Assembly (NCBI GenBank): GCA_020723205.1
Contig: DYJF01000005.1
Span: 1 to 59,023, forward strand
Origin: Bdellovibrio sp.
GTDB taxonomy: Bacteria > UBA10199 > 2-02-FULL-44-16 > DYJF01
Length of the DNA stretch: 59,023 bases
Direction: 5' to 3'
The translations under genes were made by a program, and so were the position numbers. The first letter of the stretch is position 1. Each line of letters opens with the position of its first letter. A model generated the notes under the pieces. It saw only the letters and a list, made by a program, of their open reading frames with translations, did not search any database and was not told the origin of the DNA. This document shows positions 21,401 to 29,686 of this stretch, piece by piece.

Positions 21401-22391
21401 TCCACGCGCCGATGTATCCGTAGAATCCGTCGCGGCCGTAGATCTGGATGCGGGTCGCAACGTTGGATGCCGTCTTTTCGCAAAGATCCGAGCCGTCGTC
21501 CTCGATGACCCAGCCGCGCACCCATATGTAGTTGTCGGTGCTCAATCCCGTGGGGTCAGGAAGTTCGATCATCTGCTTCATTACTATCTTCACCTTGGAC
21601 GCGTCGTTCTTGAAATATTTGCTCACCGAAGGCAGAGAGATGGAGAACTTGTTGCCGGAGGTCGGCACAAAGAGACCGTGGTCGTCCGTCGCTCCAACAG
21701 GCGCGTCCATGGGCTCAAGGAACGCGTTCGAGAGTGAATCGGCGGAGATGCCCTGAAACACAATGCCGTAGCCGGAGACACCCCTCACCTCTGAATCCGC
21801 GGATATCTTGCTGCCGGTGGATTCCGCTCCGAAGACAAAACCGTCGGAGCCGCCGGAGGTGATATGGACGTTCTTCATCTCGACATTGGCGTCGTTCATA
21901 CAGATCGCCGCCTTGCCGGACGGAACGTTCGTGATCTCTATGTTCTCGAGCTTCACGTAGGGCGCGTTGATGGTGATGAGGCATTCCTCGTCGCCGCCTT
22001 CGAAGTTGTAGGCGTCGATCCTGACGATGCCGCCTGTCGCTTCCGAGTCACCGATTATGGTGAAGACCTGCGACATGCCGCCGCCCCAGTTGATGACCAT
22101 CGGCTTCCTTATGGCGATGGTATCTCCGTCGGGCTTCAGGATTATCGTCTTCAGGCATGCCCCTTCGCTGTGTCCGCCGCCCAAGTTGGCATGGAAGATC
22201 GCGCGCTTCAATGAAAGCGCCGTCGGATCGGAGGTGGTCATCTGCCAGAGATGGCTTGTGACCGTGCACTCCTCGCGCGACATGTTGCCGCTGTCATAGG
22301 GCAGATCGGCGAAGAGGACTTTGGGCACGGCCAGCACTACGATCAGCGCCGCCATTCCCATCATCACGTTAATTATCCTTTTCGAACTCAT
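18432..22391 (-). CDS. Large surface protein: beta-helix-like N-terminus, many thrombospondin-3-like Asp-rich repeats, C-terminal Cys-TM-basic sorting signal
   Basis: Signal peptide; repeated DxDxDGxxDxxEDxNxNG..ETxP; ends EGCMTVAG...MIYLMGLLLIVNRAVSRCLRKR; start likely ATG 22391. Confidence 0.85.
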   Translation of the reverse strand: MSSKRIINVMMGMAALIVVLAVPKVLFADLPYDSGNMSREECTVTSHLWQMTTSDPTALSLKRAIFHANLGGGHSEGACLKTIILKPDGDTIAIRKPMVINWGGGMSQVFTIIGDSEATGGIVRIDAYNFEGGDEECLITINAPYVKLENIEITNVPSGKAAICMNDANVEMKNVHITSGGSDGFVFGAESTGSKISADSEVRGVSGYGIVFQGISADSLSNAFLEPMDAPVGATDDHGLFVPTSGNKFSISLPSVSKYFKNDASKVKIVMKQMIELPDPTGLSTDNYIWVRGWVIEDDGSDLCEKTASNVATRIQIYGRDGFYGYIGAWNDVRNVGLGTRASLAGYISAYFKKGALEEVALVPEGAGGRMGQPRYLRIAQVDPASVRGTEGWCVDRNLGSVGPGGGSGPGDGGMANGFQSVSACQTNNGLYSFDGRRAPAPGFDSDYDGLFDDDEDVNLNCVCDPNETCWQHPDSDRDGIPDGTVMSGGKEVMCKDASGSWKKETSPGVYAVLPCDDATVVNRAEADKDNDNYPNPLDKDSDNDGRKDYQEDRNLYYDDLLRSLGGGVSQGSLYTFGRGLEDEHPITTRDSSGVRTVMTCTLGVSDVGISYGYWYVKRNSSGEIIEEPQAWGDVLPDSDTTREGAYLEILRCRHGALTSPANFNGRYDTDNLETDMLNVNTDGDAFCDGDGSVDPVGGTTGCATVADPDHCPTVADDTNTCAALPCSPAILLYGVNPDYVDFEELGERAPHSLKKEGEYILAYYKTDAEGHLIMGTDGRPQYRSWEEINTICFGDLDHDGIPNCVEAPNSTCSIDTTTKLNAASDDTDGDGAKDGWRGEIDSDVCPVTYGASDKFVEGRTAYSCDPVLVYQTQKIISCFLDRDGDSVRDCVEDKDMNGQYDHIVINVAGIGVTESNGLSRDSDTDGVADKDEIFGWPIATNPSDADTDHDTLGDKAEDRNNDGTITLAVGSHGAEGCPDIATFDTDPVNPDTDGDTLQDGIEVQGSLIVGDTVPVNFIDLIAQLDAFSTGGIDLISDPTSADSDNDGLADKDEYNGVVTYNDSNPCMADSDGDSVGDMDDYCPLNAIYSDEANCGAGGVGADSDRDGLADVQERRLGTDPRNPDTDDDGLKDGEEDVDHDGIYDESSHESNPLSADTDSDSLNDGFEVRYGTDPTNDDTDGDCITDGLEDSNLNGDYNAGSETNALSSDTDGDGLYDGQIGGIGEDLNCNGVRDRDVEGRWMETDPKLPDSDFDGIPDYDEMTDGGFFNPSANIGAATSGREGCMTVAGTNAAPTSMIYLMGLLLIVNRAVSRCLRKR

Positions 22392-22433
22392 TGGGTACCT
22401 CCCCAAAAATTACCCCCCAGGGTAATCGTTATC

Positions 22434-23519
22434 TTACAGTCCAAACAACATGCCGAAACCAAGGTTGAGAACGTTGGGCGAGAACGCGATGTCCTGCCTC
22501 GTCTGATTGTCTATCGACGTGCGCTCGTAGTAACCGATGCTCGTGATGTCGCGCATATACTCGAGGTCGAGGTGCAGCCCGACCTTCTCGGAGACCTGGA
22601 AACCCACACGCAGGCCGGCTACGAACTGCATGAGCCCGTGACCGAAATCCATGATGGGGCCGGACATCGGCGTGATGATACCGGAGTCGCCGCCTACGCC
22701 CCAGCGATAGCCGCCGCCGAAGCCCAAATACGGCATGAGGGATACCTTCTTCTCCGCCGAGACAACTATATCGACGCCGAGCAGGGCGTGGACCGTGAAG
22801 TCAATGAGGTCCGCGTTCCTCGGTTCGGTCGTTCCCTCGACGTTGGTCATCTCCGCCATTCTGGAATAGATCAGGTTGGCCATGAGGCCTATCACGAAGC
22901 TGTCGCCGCGGCTGTCGATGCCGAAACCATATTGCCAGCCGCCCGACAATCCGCCCTGGAAGGACATGCAGCTGTGGGCCGCGTTGATGTCGGGATCTTC
23001 GCCGGAATATTCGGAGGGCCAGTCGCCGCCTTCCACGCACGTATTATCGCCGAAGCTCAAGAAGTTCAATTTGAGCATAAGCGGAAAATGATGGCCTGCT
23101 GTTGAAAATTCCGGGGCTTCTTCCTCTTCCGTGCCTTCGGCTGGCGCTGCCGCCGTGGCCGGAGCTGCGGCAGGGGCCGCTGCGGGCGCTGCCGCCGGAG
23201 CGGATGTTCCCGGTGCCGGTGGTTCGTTACCCGCGATGACCGCCGTGGCTACCGCCTCTGATTCCGCAGCGCTGTATCCAAGCGCGCCCCAGTGATTCAC
23301 GTCGGACATAAGAGTCTGCAACCCTTGCGGCCAAGTGGAATAGGCCGGCAAAGCCGGGGCCGGTTCCGGCACGACGCAGATTCCGTCGGTCACCGTCGGA
23401 CAAACCGTCTGACAGAGATCTTCCGACTGATTGCTCGGACAATAATCCATTCCGATGCCCGCGTTTAACAATTGCCCTGCCGGAGTGTTGTTGCTGACTA
23501 TCTGACCGCCTGAAAACAT
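22434..23519 (-). CDS. Cys-rich N-domain, Ala/Pro linker and C-terminal outer-membrane-type beta-barrel; no classical signal peptide
   Basis: APAAAPAAAP linker; amphipathic strands (LMPYLGFGGGY, FVAGLRVGFQV, VLNLGFGMLF); AGGAGG RBS. Confidence 0.7.
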   Translation of the reverse strand: MFSGGQIVSNNTPAGQLLNAGIGMDYCPSNQSEDLCQTVCPTVTDGICVVPEPAPALPAYSTWPQGLQTLMSDVNHWGALGYSAAESEAVATAVIAGNEPPAPGTSAPAAAPAAAPAAAPATAAAPAEGTEEEEAPEFSTAGHHFPLMLKLNFLSFGDNTCVEGGDWPSEYSGEDPDINAAHSCMSFQGGLSGGWQYGFGIDSRGDSFVIGLMANLIYSRMAEMTNVEGTTEPRNADLIDFTVHALLGVDIVVSAEKKVSLMPYLGFGGGYRWGVGGDSGIITPMSGPIMDFGHGLMQFVAGLRVGFQVSEKVGLHLDLEYMRDITSIGYYERTSIDNQTRQDIAFSPNVLNLGFGMLFGL

Positions 23520-23602
23520 AATTACCTCCTAAAAATTTTTCCCCCGAAGCGTTTTTACTCCCCTAAAACATTACTAAACAAGGATTCTTTGCCTCCATAC
23601 CT

Positions 23603-23630
23603 ATTATCGGCGGCCTTTAAAAAAAGTTGC
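23603..23630 (-). promoter_or_regulatory. Shared motif copy 2: GCAAC-N15-CCGATAAT
   Basis: Upstream of the 361-aa/1324-aa unit. Confidence 0.75.
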
Positions 23631-23640
23631 GTAATTTTAT

Positions 23641-23674
23641 AAGACCTGAGACCTGAGACCTGAGACCGTAGACC
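23641..23674. repeat. 7-bp tandem array (TGAGACC)n
   Basis: aagacc tgagacc tgagacc tgagacc gtagacc. Confidence 0.8.
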
Positions 23675-23852
23675 AAATGCGCTTGGATATCAGCTGGTTG
23701 CATGAGAGCGAGTGTACACGTTTTTTAGCGCAAAATGGCCTTTCTGTGGTGGGTACGACGCGTTAATTATGACGATATTCGTTTCGAACCTGGCACCTTT
23801 TTCAGTGAAGATAATTTGTTTATATATCCATATGTTAAGGCCTATCCTTAAA

Positions 23853-24824
23853 TTAGAAGTTCATGAGTCTGAAGCCCATGTCCAGTGAAAAAAGCAGAGA
23901 ATGTTGTGGAAGCGGCGTGTCAGTGACCGTGGCGGAGTATGCCAAGCCGAGTCCCATGGTGAACCCTTCGATCGGCCATATCATGAGCTTGAGCCCGGAA
24001 CCCAACCCGATCTGGACCTCTGCACCCATGTTATCCGTCCAGTTACCAGGAGATACTTGAACCTCTTCATCCGCCCAGAATGTTCCAATATTGAAGTCGG
24101 CAAAGAGCCTCACTCCGAACGTCGCCGAAATGACGAAATAATAGCCCGCGTCTGCGAATCCCATGGCGCCGTAGACCGTGCCCGCTTCCCTCCCTGTTTC
24201 TCCCAGATTCACACCTTGAGATGTCGTGGGCATAAAGATGACGCGGCCTCCGAAAAGTCCGTAAAAACCGTTCGCCGCCTGCCCTCCCAGCGCGAGATCG
24301 ACGGTCCACGGCTGCTCGAAGGTGTCATAGGATAACATCCCTATCTTCGCCGCAAACTCGAGCCAGAGGCCGGCAGGCGTGTTGAACAGGTCCTCGTCTA
24401 TCGCTATCTCGGGCCTGCACGCCTCCGGGTCCCGGGGGGGCGTGTATTCGTGGAGCGTCATTATGCGCTCGTAGGCGTCCCGCACTTCGTCGGCGCAATA
24501 TCCGAAGCGATATACGAAGGAAAAATCCTGCGTCTCGGGGTCAGTGCTCGCGAGAATGGAGCGAAGCTCCTCTCCAAGCGCATCGAATGAGCCGGGAAGA
24601 CGCGACATCCTCACCTCCGGCGGAGATGAGGGATCGCATACGGGGTCCTCCAAATGCTTGCAGGGGCAGCCGCAATACTCCGATACTGCGCCGCCAAGGG
24701 CGATGGCCATCACCTCGCACTCATCCCTCACTTCGCGCTCGCCGCCCTCCGGCACAGGGAAGTTCGGCCCGCAGGTCATGCCTACGAGCACTCTGATCGC
24801 GGGATTGCTGTAATCAATCGGCAT
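23853..24824 (-). CDS. Cys-rich N-domain plus C-terminal outer-membrane-type beta-barrel; no classical signal peptide
   Basis: Eight Cys in the N-terminal half; amphipathic strands ending LLFSLDMGFRLMNF. Confidence 0.7.
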   Translation of the reverse strand: MPIDYSNPAIRVLVGMTCGPNFPVPEGGEREVRDECEVMAIALGGAVSEYCGCPCKHLEDPVCDPSSPPEVRMSRLPGSFDALGEELRSILASTDPETQDFSFVYRFGYCADEVRDAYERIMTLHEYTPPRDPEACRPEIAIDEDLFNTPAGLWLEFAAKIGMLSYDTFEQPWTVDLALGGQAANGFYGLFGGRVIFMPTTSQGVNLGETGREAGTVYGAMGFADAGYYFVISATFGVRLFADFNIGTFWADEEVQVSPGNWTDNMGAEVQIGLGSGLKLMIWPIEGFTMGLGLAYSATVTDTPLPQHSLLFSLDMGFRLMNF

Positions 24825-24833
24825 TCGTGTCCC

Positions 24834-26273
24834 TTATTTTTCCTCGACGACAGTGACGGCCACGCGGTTGTCGTCTATGAGCGCGAAGTTCAGTCGTATA
24901 TGATAATAATGCACGAGGCACGGCAGGGAGACTTTTTTCATTATCTCCTGCGCCATCCATTGCGCGATGTTGCCGTACGTTACGCGCTCCTCCTGTGTAG
25001 GAGCCGCGTACGTGATGCGCATGTCGGTGACGCGCCTCTCGTCGTTCGCGAACAGCTCGAAATCGGCCTCGAAGGATGCGGGGAAATCGAATTCCCCGGC
25101 TCTAAGCTCCGCTATGAGCCGCGTATAGACGTCTCCCGCGGCGGTCATGATCGCCGCTTCAAGCTCGTCCCTGTCGCGCGGCGGGGATGAATCCTCATAT
25201 TCGGCCGTCGCCTCGAACACGTCCACGATCTCGGAGGGGTCAGGGGAGCCGCAGAGCTCGGCGGCATCCGGCACGGGTATTATGTCGCGCATCTCGGGGA
25301 TAAGAAGTCCAAGACCGCGCAGTGTCTGCGGCGCCACGTTCTGCGCCGCTTCCTGCGCGCCTCTCACGGCGTCGCGGGCGCGCATCTGTGCGTCGGCCAC
25401 GAAGGAGAGCGAATCCTCGATAGAGGAGACGCCGGAAGCGCCCTGCACCTCGCAGATGCGCATGACCTGCCCCAAGCCCATCGCCAGCCAGTTCGCGTAG
25501 GCGTTCATCGCGAGCCACGCGTTCCTTATGGCCTTTATCGCCTCCTGCTCCGCCGCTTCGTCTGGGGTAACGAAGATGACGATACCGTCGGCCGGAGCGG
25601 TTATCTCTTCCGTCATGATCTCGATCGCCGGGTTCAAGTCCTCCCGCGGTTCGCCCGCCGCGGCGCTCTCGGCCACGCGCTGATCGAGGTAATTCGAAAG
25701 GGTCGCTATCTGAACTTCGGTGAGAGGGAGATCGCCCAGCATGCGCTTCAAGTCGCGCGCGCTTCGCTCGCTTATCTGCGTGTTCTCAAATTCCTGCACG
25801 AGTATGCCCAAGAGCCGGCGCTGCAACCCTTCGGTCAGGGCCGCGGCCACTATCAAAAGTTCCTGCACTTCGGGATTCGCCGGCATTTCGGAGAGCCGCC
25901 TCGTCAGGCGGTCAAGCGTTCTTAGGCCCTCCACCGCCTTGTTGGCAAAACGGCTGCGCCTGCTCCTCGATATCTCCTCCTCTTCGGGATTTGGCATCGC
26001 ATCCAGATCGGCCTGAACCTCGTTTATCTCCCCCCTGTATCTCGCGATGCGCGGCCCCAGACGCTCCATATCGTTCTGCGCCCGCTGCATGCGCTCTATG
26101 GCCTCCTGCGCGCGGGCAAGCGCGGCTTCACGCTGGGCCTGAAGCAGGCGTTCGGTCGCCTCCTGCGCACGTGCCAGGGCCGCTTCGCGCTGCGCGTCGG
26201 ACGCGTCCTGCCGCTCTTCAGTTGAAGGAATCTCCGGCGGCGACTGCTTCGCCAGTCTTACTTCGAGTCCCAT
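24834..26273 (-). CDS. Helical protein with 19-aa AQREAALARAQEA repeats and a possible TonB/TolA-C-like C-terminal domain
   Basis: Repeats shared with the 748-aa neighbour; C-terminal helix-strand-strand-helix-strand pattern. Confidence 0.65.
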   Translation of the reverse strand: MGLEVRLAKQSPPEIPSTEERQDASDAQREAALARAQEATERLLQAQREAALARAQEAIERMQRAQNDMERLGPRIARYRGEINEVQADLDAMPNPEEEEISRSRRSRFANKAVEGLRTLDRLTRRLSEMPANPEVQELLIVAAALTEGLQRRLLGILVQEFENTQISERSARDLKRMLGDLPLTEVQIATLSNYLDQRVAESAAAGEPREDLNPAIEIMTEEITAPADGIVIFVTPDEAAEQEAIKAIRNAWLAMNAYANWLAMGLGQVMRICEVQGASGVSSIEDSLSFVADAQMRARDAVRGAQEAAQNVAPQTLRGLGLLIPEMRDIIPVPDAAELCGSPDPSEIVDVFEATAEYEDSSPPRDRDELEAAIMTAAGDVYTRLIAELRAGEFDFPASFEADFELFANDERRVTDMRITYAAPTQEERVTYGNIAQWMAQEIMKKVSLPCLVHYYHIRLNFALIDDNRVAVTVVEEK

Positions 26274-26297
26274 AACCCTGCCCCTTATTCTTAACCG

Positions 26298-28529
26298 TCA
26301 TTCGCTGACGGTCTGAAAGCTCATCCCGCCGCCGCCCGCTCTTATTACGATGGGGATCTCTCTTATGGTGCGGCCGTCTCTTCCGTTCTCCGCCCTGATA
26401 TACCTGCAAAATGCCGAAGCGATCTTATAGTACCAGTTGCGCATCCCCGGGTCTTCCATCAGGTCCTCGCCGCTGGTGCGCACTCCGTCCCGAACCCTGT
26501 CCGTGGCGGAGATCGTGACCTCCGAGACGTAGCCCTCATCATCAAGCTCCACGGTCACCTGCGCGATGAGCACCATCGTCGGCGGAAAGCTCCACTGATT
26601 GAGAACGGATGTGATCTTCTCGGTGAACGCGTCCCTCGTCGCGTCTATCTGCTGCGATATCTCGCCGTTGCAATCGCAACTCACCGTCATGCGCCTTCCG
26701 TGGACCACCGGCTGGCCGATGTGGGTTGCTTGAGAGGTGGAAAGCTGTTGCACGTCCGGTATGCGCGCCTCTTCGCCGGTCGGTATCGTAGGCAAGGTGA
26801 GCCCGCTGCGTTGCTGCACGTTCAAGGCGGCCATTGCCGCCGCGGCCGCGGCTATCTTGGCCTCGGCGTTCTGTCTCGCGGCTGTCGCCTGTTCGATCGC
26901 CTCCACGGCATTTTCCCTAAGATCGCGGAACGCGCGCCTTCCGATGCACTGACCGCTCGCGGCGGCCGCCACTTCCTGTGCGGCTTCGCGCGCCTTCAGG
27001 GCCTTCGCAAGGAACTGCTCGACAGCGGATTGCGCTTCGTTGACTGCCTCTTGCGCCGCGCCCTGCACGCGTCTTAGCTCCGCGGCCGCCTGAAGCTCCG
27101 CCGAGCGCGTATTCAGGATCCTCTCAATCTCGCCCAAGACGTAGATGAGCGAACCCCTGCGGCTCTCGTCGAGCTTCGACTCGTTCACCTTATCGCGCAG
27201 ACTTGCTATGTCGCGCAGGCGGTCGCGGATATCTCCCTCGTCGGATATCGTCTCCGCCTCCTGCTGCATCGCGACCACTTTCTCCATGACGAGATTGAAT
27301 ATGCGGTTGCACAGCAAATCCTGTATGGACGTCGCCTGCGCTACGAGGCCGCCCGCCGCTGCGTCCGCGCCGTTCTCTTCAATGAATTGCGTGACCCTCT
27401 CCAGATTGGATATCGCCCTGTTCAGATTCATACCCTCTATATCTTCGGAGGAATTCTGGCCTTCTATCCTTGTAAATGCGCGCACCTGCGCCCTTGAGGG
27501 CTCCGGCGGCGAAACAGTCGCCGACGCTTCAACGGGTGGAGGAGCGGTCTCAAAGCCGGGCGGGACGCGGATCGGCTGTTCGATAAAGGGAACCGGCGGC
27601 GGATTTACGGGTGGTGTTACCGGGGGCGTCGGAGGCGTCGTTTCGCAAGTGGACATCCCCTCCTCCAGCGCTATCCTCGCAACTTCCAGCTGCGTCTGCC
27701 GCTGCGATAATATAACTCGGAGCGCCTGTTTCTGCGTATCGCTGAGTTCGGACCCGTCAATGGCGGTGTTCAGTTCGACAAGCGTTCTCAAGTGTCTGTC
27801 GATCGCCCTTATCGTCCCCGCGGCTCGGGCGACTTCGCAGTACTCCTGATGGTACGGGACCGCCTCTATCTCCCCCTGGAACAACGAGACGAGCCGGGTT
27901 TCAAGCCGCGACTTCATGGCCTCTACTGCGATCCTCATCTCGTGGGTTTCAGCGGCCTCCGGCACATCTCTCAAGAATGAATTGACGTCTCTGAGGCGAC
28001 GGGTCGCGGTCTGCCTGTCCATAGCGGCGACACGTTCCTCCGTGTTGCGGCCCATGAGTTCGTCGTACTTTTCCGTCCAGCGCCTAAGCTGCCTTGCGGA
28101 TATCTCGACCGCGGGTGCCGGCGGCGCGGCCGGCGTTTGCGCGTCCTGCATTCTGCGTATCGCTTCCTGCGCCCTTGCTATCGCCGCTTCCGCCTGCGCC
28201 TCCTGCATTCTGCGTATCGCTTCCTGCGCGCGGGCGAGCGCCGCTTCGCGCTGGGCTTCCTGCATGCGGCGCACGGCTTCCTGCGCTCGGGCTACCGGGT
28301 CCTGTCCCCCGCCCTGCGACTGCTTCGCGGCATCCGCGGCGGATTTCGCGAAAAGAAGTGCCACAGACTGCTCCGGCTGGGTTTCACAGACCGGAAGGTC
28401 GAACAGCGACGGTGCGACGGAGTATGAATCCTGCGAGTGCGTGCCGGATGTCTCGAAAGACGGAGAACCGCACAACCCCTCGTCCTCTGGAGTGGCACCG
28501 AACCCGCCCACGACCGGATTAACAGCCAT
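26298..28529 (-). CDS. Helical protein with 19-aa repeats, Pro-rich linker and a possible TonB/TolA-C-like C-terminal domain
   Basis: EAQREAALARAQEAIRRMQ repeats; TPPTPPVTPPVNPPP; WSFPP...VTVELDDEGYVSEVTI; start likely ATG 28529. Confidence 0.7.
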   Translation of the reverse strand: MAVNPVVGGFGATPEDEGLCGSPSFETSGTHSQDSYSVAPSLFDLPVCETQPEQSVALLFAKSAADAAKQSQGGGQDPVARAQEAVRRMQEAQREAALARAQEAIRRMQEAQAEAAIARAQEAIRRMQDAQTPAAPPAPAVEISARQLRRWTEKYDELMGRNTEERVAAMDRQTATRRLRDVNSFLRDVPEAAETHEMRIAVEAMKSRLETRLVSLFQGEIEAVPYHQEYCEVARAAGTIRAIDRHLRTLVELNTAIDGSELSDTQKQALRVILSQRQTQLEVARIALEEGMSTCETTPPTPPVTPPVNPPPVPFIEQPIRVPPGFETAPPPVEASATVSPPEPSRAQVRAFTRIEGQNSSEDIEGMNLNRAISNLERVTQFIEENGADAAAGGLVAQATSIQDLLCNRIFNLVMEKVVAMQQEAETISDEGDIRDRLRDIASLRDKVNESKLDESRRGSLIYVLGEIERILNTRSAELQAAAELRRVQGAAQEAVNEAQSAVEQFLAKALKAREAAQEVAAAASGQCIGRRAFRDLRENAVEAIEQATAARQNAEAKIAAAAAAMAALNVQQRSGLTLPTIPTGEEARIPDVQQLSTSQATHIGQPVVHGRRMTVSCDCNGEISQQIDATRDAFTEKITSVLNQWSFPPTMVLIAQVTVELDDEGYVSEVTISATDRVRDGVRTSGEDLMEDPGMRNWYYKIASAFCRYIRAENGRDGRTIREIPIVIRAGGGGMSFQTVSE

Positions 28530-28557
28530 TAGTTGCTCCCACACTTTCCCCCATCTA

Positions 28558-28585
28558 ATTATCGGCTATCTCTCAAAAAAGTTGC
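28558..28585 (-). promoter_or_regulatory. Shared motif copy 3: GCAAC-N15-CCGATAAT
   Basis: Upstream of the 748/479/323-aa operon. Confidence 0.75.
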
Positions 28586-28592
28586 TAGATTA

Positions 28593-28632
28593 CGGTGTCC
28601 GGCACAAAACGGGCATTTTGTGTCGGACACCG
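28593..28632. terminator. Long hairpin ending the acyl-CoA operon
   Basis: cggtgtccggcacaaaa...ttttgtgtcggacaccg inverted repeat. Confidence 0.6.
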
Positions 28633-28645
28633 CTTTTATGCGGCG

Positions 28646-29101
28646 CTAGATGGGGCGAAAATGGAGGATATCGTTGATGCTGCCCGTGCGTTTCGAGGGC
28701 TCCGCGAAGATCGCCTCGACCTTCATCCCGATTTTGACCGCGGAGGGCTCCACTCCGGAGAGACGGTGGATAACGCCGCCGTCGGTGCCGACGATCCTAA
28801 CGCACGCGACGATCTCCGGCCTTGAAAGCCGCTTGCCCTCAAGCGACTCGTGAAGGACCGTGTAGGTCTCGACGACGCCCTTGGTGCCGACGTCGAAATA
28901 ATCGCCCAGTTCCGCAAGACAGCGCTCGCAGTAGATGCGCGGCGGAACATAGGTAACGTTGCACTTGCCGCACTTCGTCGCCACGAACGTTCCTTTTTCC
29001 TTCACCGCGCGGAAGAACTTCTCGCCCGCAAGACCGTACGTGTACAGATAATGGACCGGTATCTCCCCGTCCCACTTCTTTGTCTTGATCTCACTTGCCA
29101 T
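28646..29101 (-). CDS. DUF35 Zn-ribbon/OB-fold protein
   Basis: KCGKC..YVPPRIYCERC, GVVETYTV, KIGMKV. Confidence 0.9.
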   Translation of the reverse strand: MASEIKTKKWDGEIPVHYLYTYGLAGEKFFRAVKEKGTFVATKCGKCNVTYVPPRIYCERCLAELGDYFDVGTKGVVETYTVLHESLEGKRLSRPEIVACVRIVGTDGGVIHRLSGVEPSAVKIGMKVEAIFAEPSKRTGSINDILHFRPI

Positions 29102-29140
29102 TTAATCCTCCTGCCTTTTTTTCTTCGCCCCTGCGGCAAA

Positions 29141-29659
29141 TTATCTCAAAGGTTTGAAATACCTTATATCCGTGATCGCGCCGGCACGCTCGTTCGCCGT
29201 CTTCCAGACCGCCTTCACCTTCATTCCTATCTTTATCTCCTTGGGGTCCGCCTCTCCAAGAACATGCAGGATGCCCATGCCCTCCGAGGCGCCGTCTATT
29301 TCGATGACGGCCGGCAGGTGCGGAAGGGCGCCCTGCGGCAGGCGGGACGCGTCCCAGTTGACGTGGCAGATCGAGAACGTGTTCACCTTTCCGGTGTCCT
29401 CGAGCTCCACCCAGTCGCCAGTGTCCTTGAAGCATAGTTCGCAGAACATCCTGGGCGGTATCATGATGCGGTTGCATCCGCCGCACTTCTTGCCGATGAG
29501 TTTTCCCTCTTTGAGCCCGTCCAAGTACCGCCCCACCGCCTGACCAGTATCCCACGAATATTGCAGCTTGGGGTTGCAGGGCATGGTGAGGACCGACCCG
29601 TCCTTGACGGCCTGCGATTTAAGACCCGTTCCCTTGAGTTCGAATTTTTCGAGAACCAT
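29141..29659 (-). CDS. DUF35 Zn-ribbon/OB-fold protein
   Basis: KCGGC..IPPRMFCELC, GKVNTFS, KIGMKVKAVW. Confidence 0.9.
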   Translation of the reverse strand: MVLEKFELKGTGLKSQAVKDGSVLTMPCNPKLQYSWDTGQAVGRYLDGLKEGKLIGKKCGGCNRIMIPPRMFCELCFKDTGDWVELEDTGKVNTFSICHVNWDASRLPQGALPHLPAVIEIDGASEGMGILHVLGEADPKEIKIGMKVKAVWKTANERAGAITDIRYFKPLR

Positions 29660-29686
29660 GATTCCTCCTTGGGCGCACTCCGTACG

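Noticed and set aside
23603-23630. Reading the shared motif as a sigma54 promoter (TTGC on the plus strand)
   Set aside because: There is no GG at the -24 position, and the orientation would point away from the adjacent genes.
18250-23840. IHF-like or dif-like AT-rich sites near the shared promoters (about 18255, 23688, 23825)
   Set aside because: Each has mismatches to WATCAANNNNTTR or dif and cannot be told from chance in AT-rich intergenic DNA.
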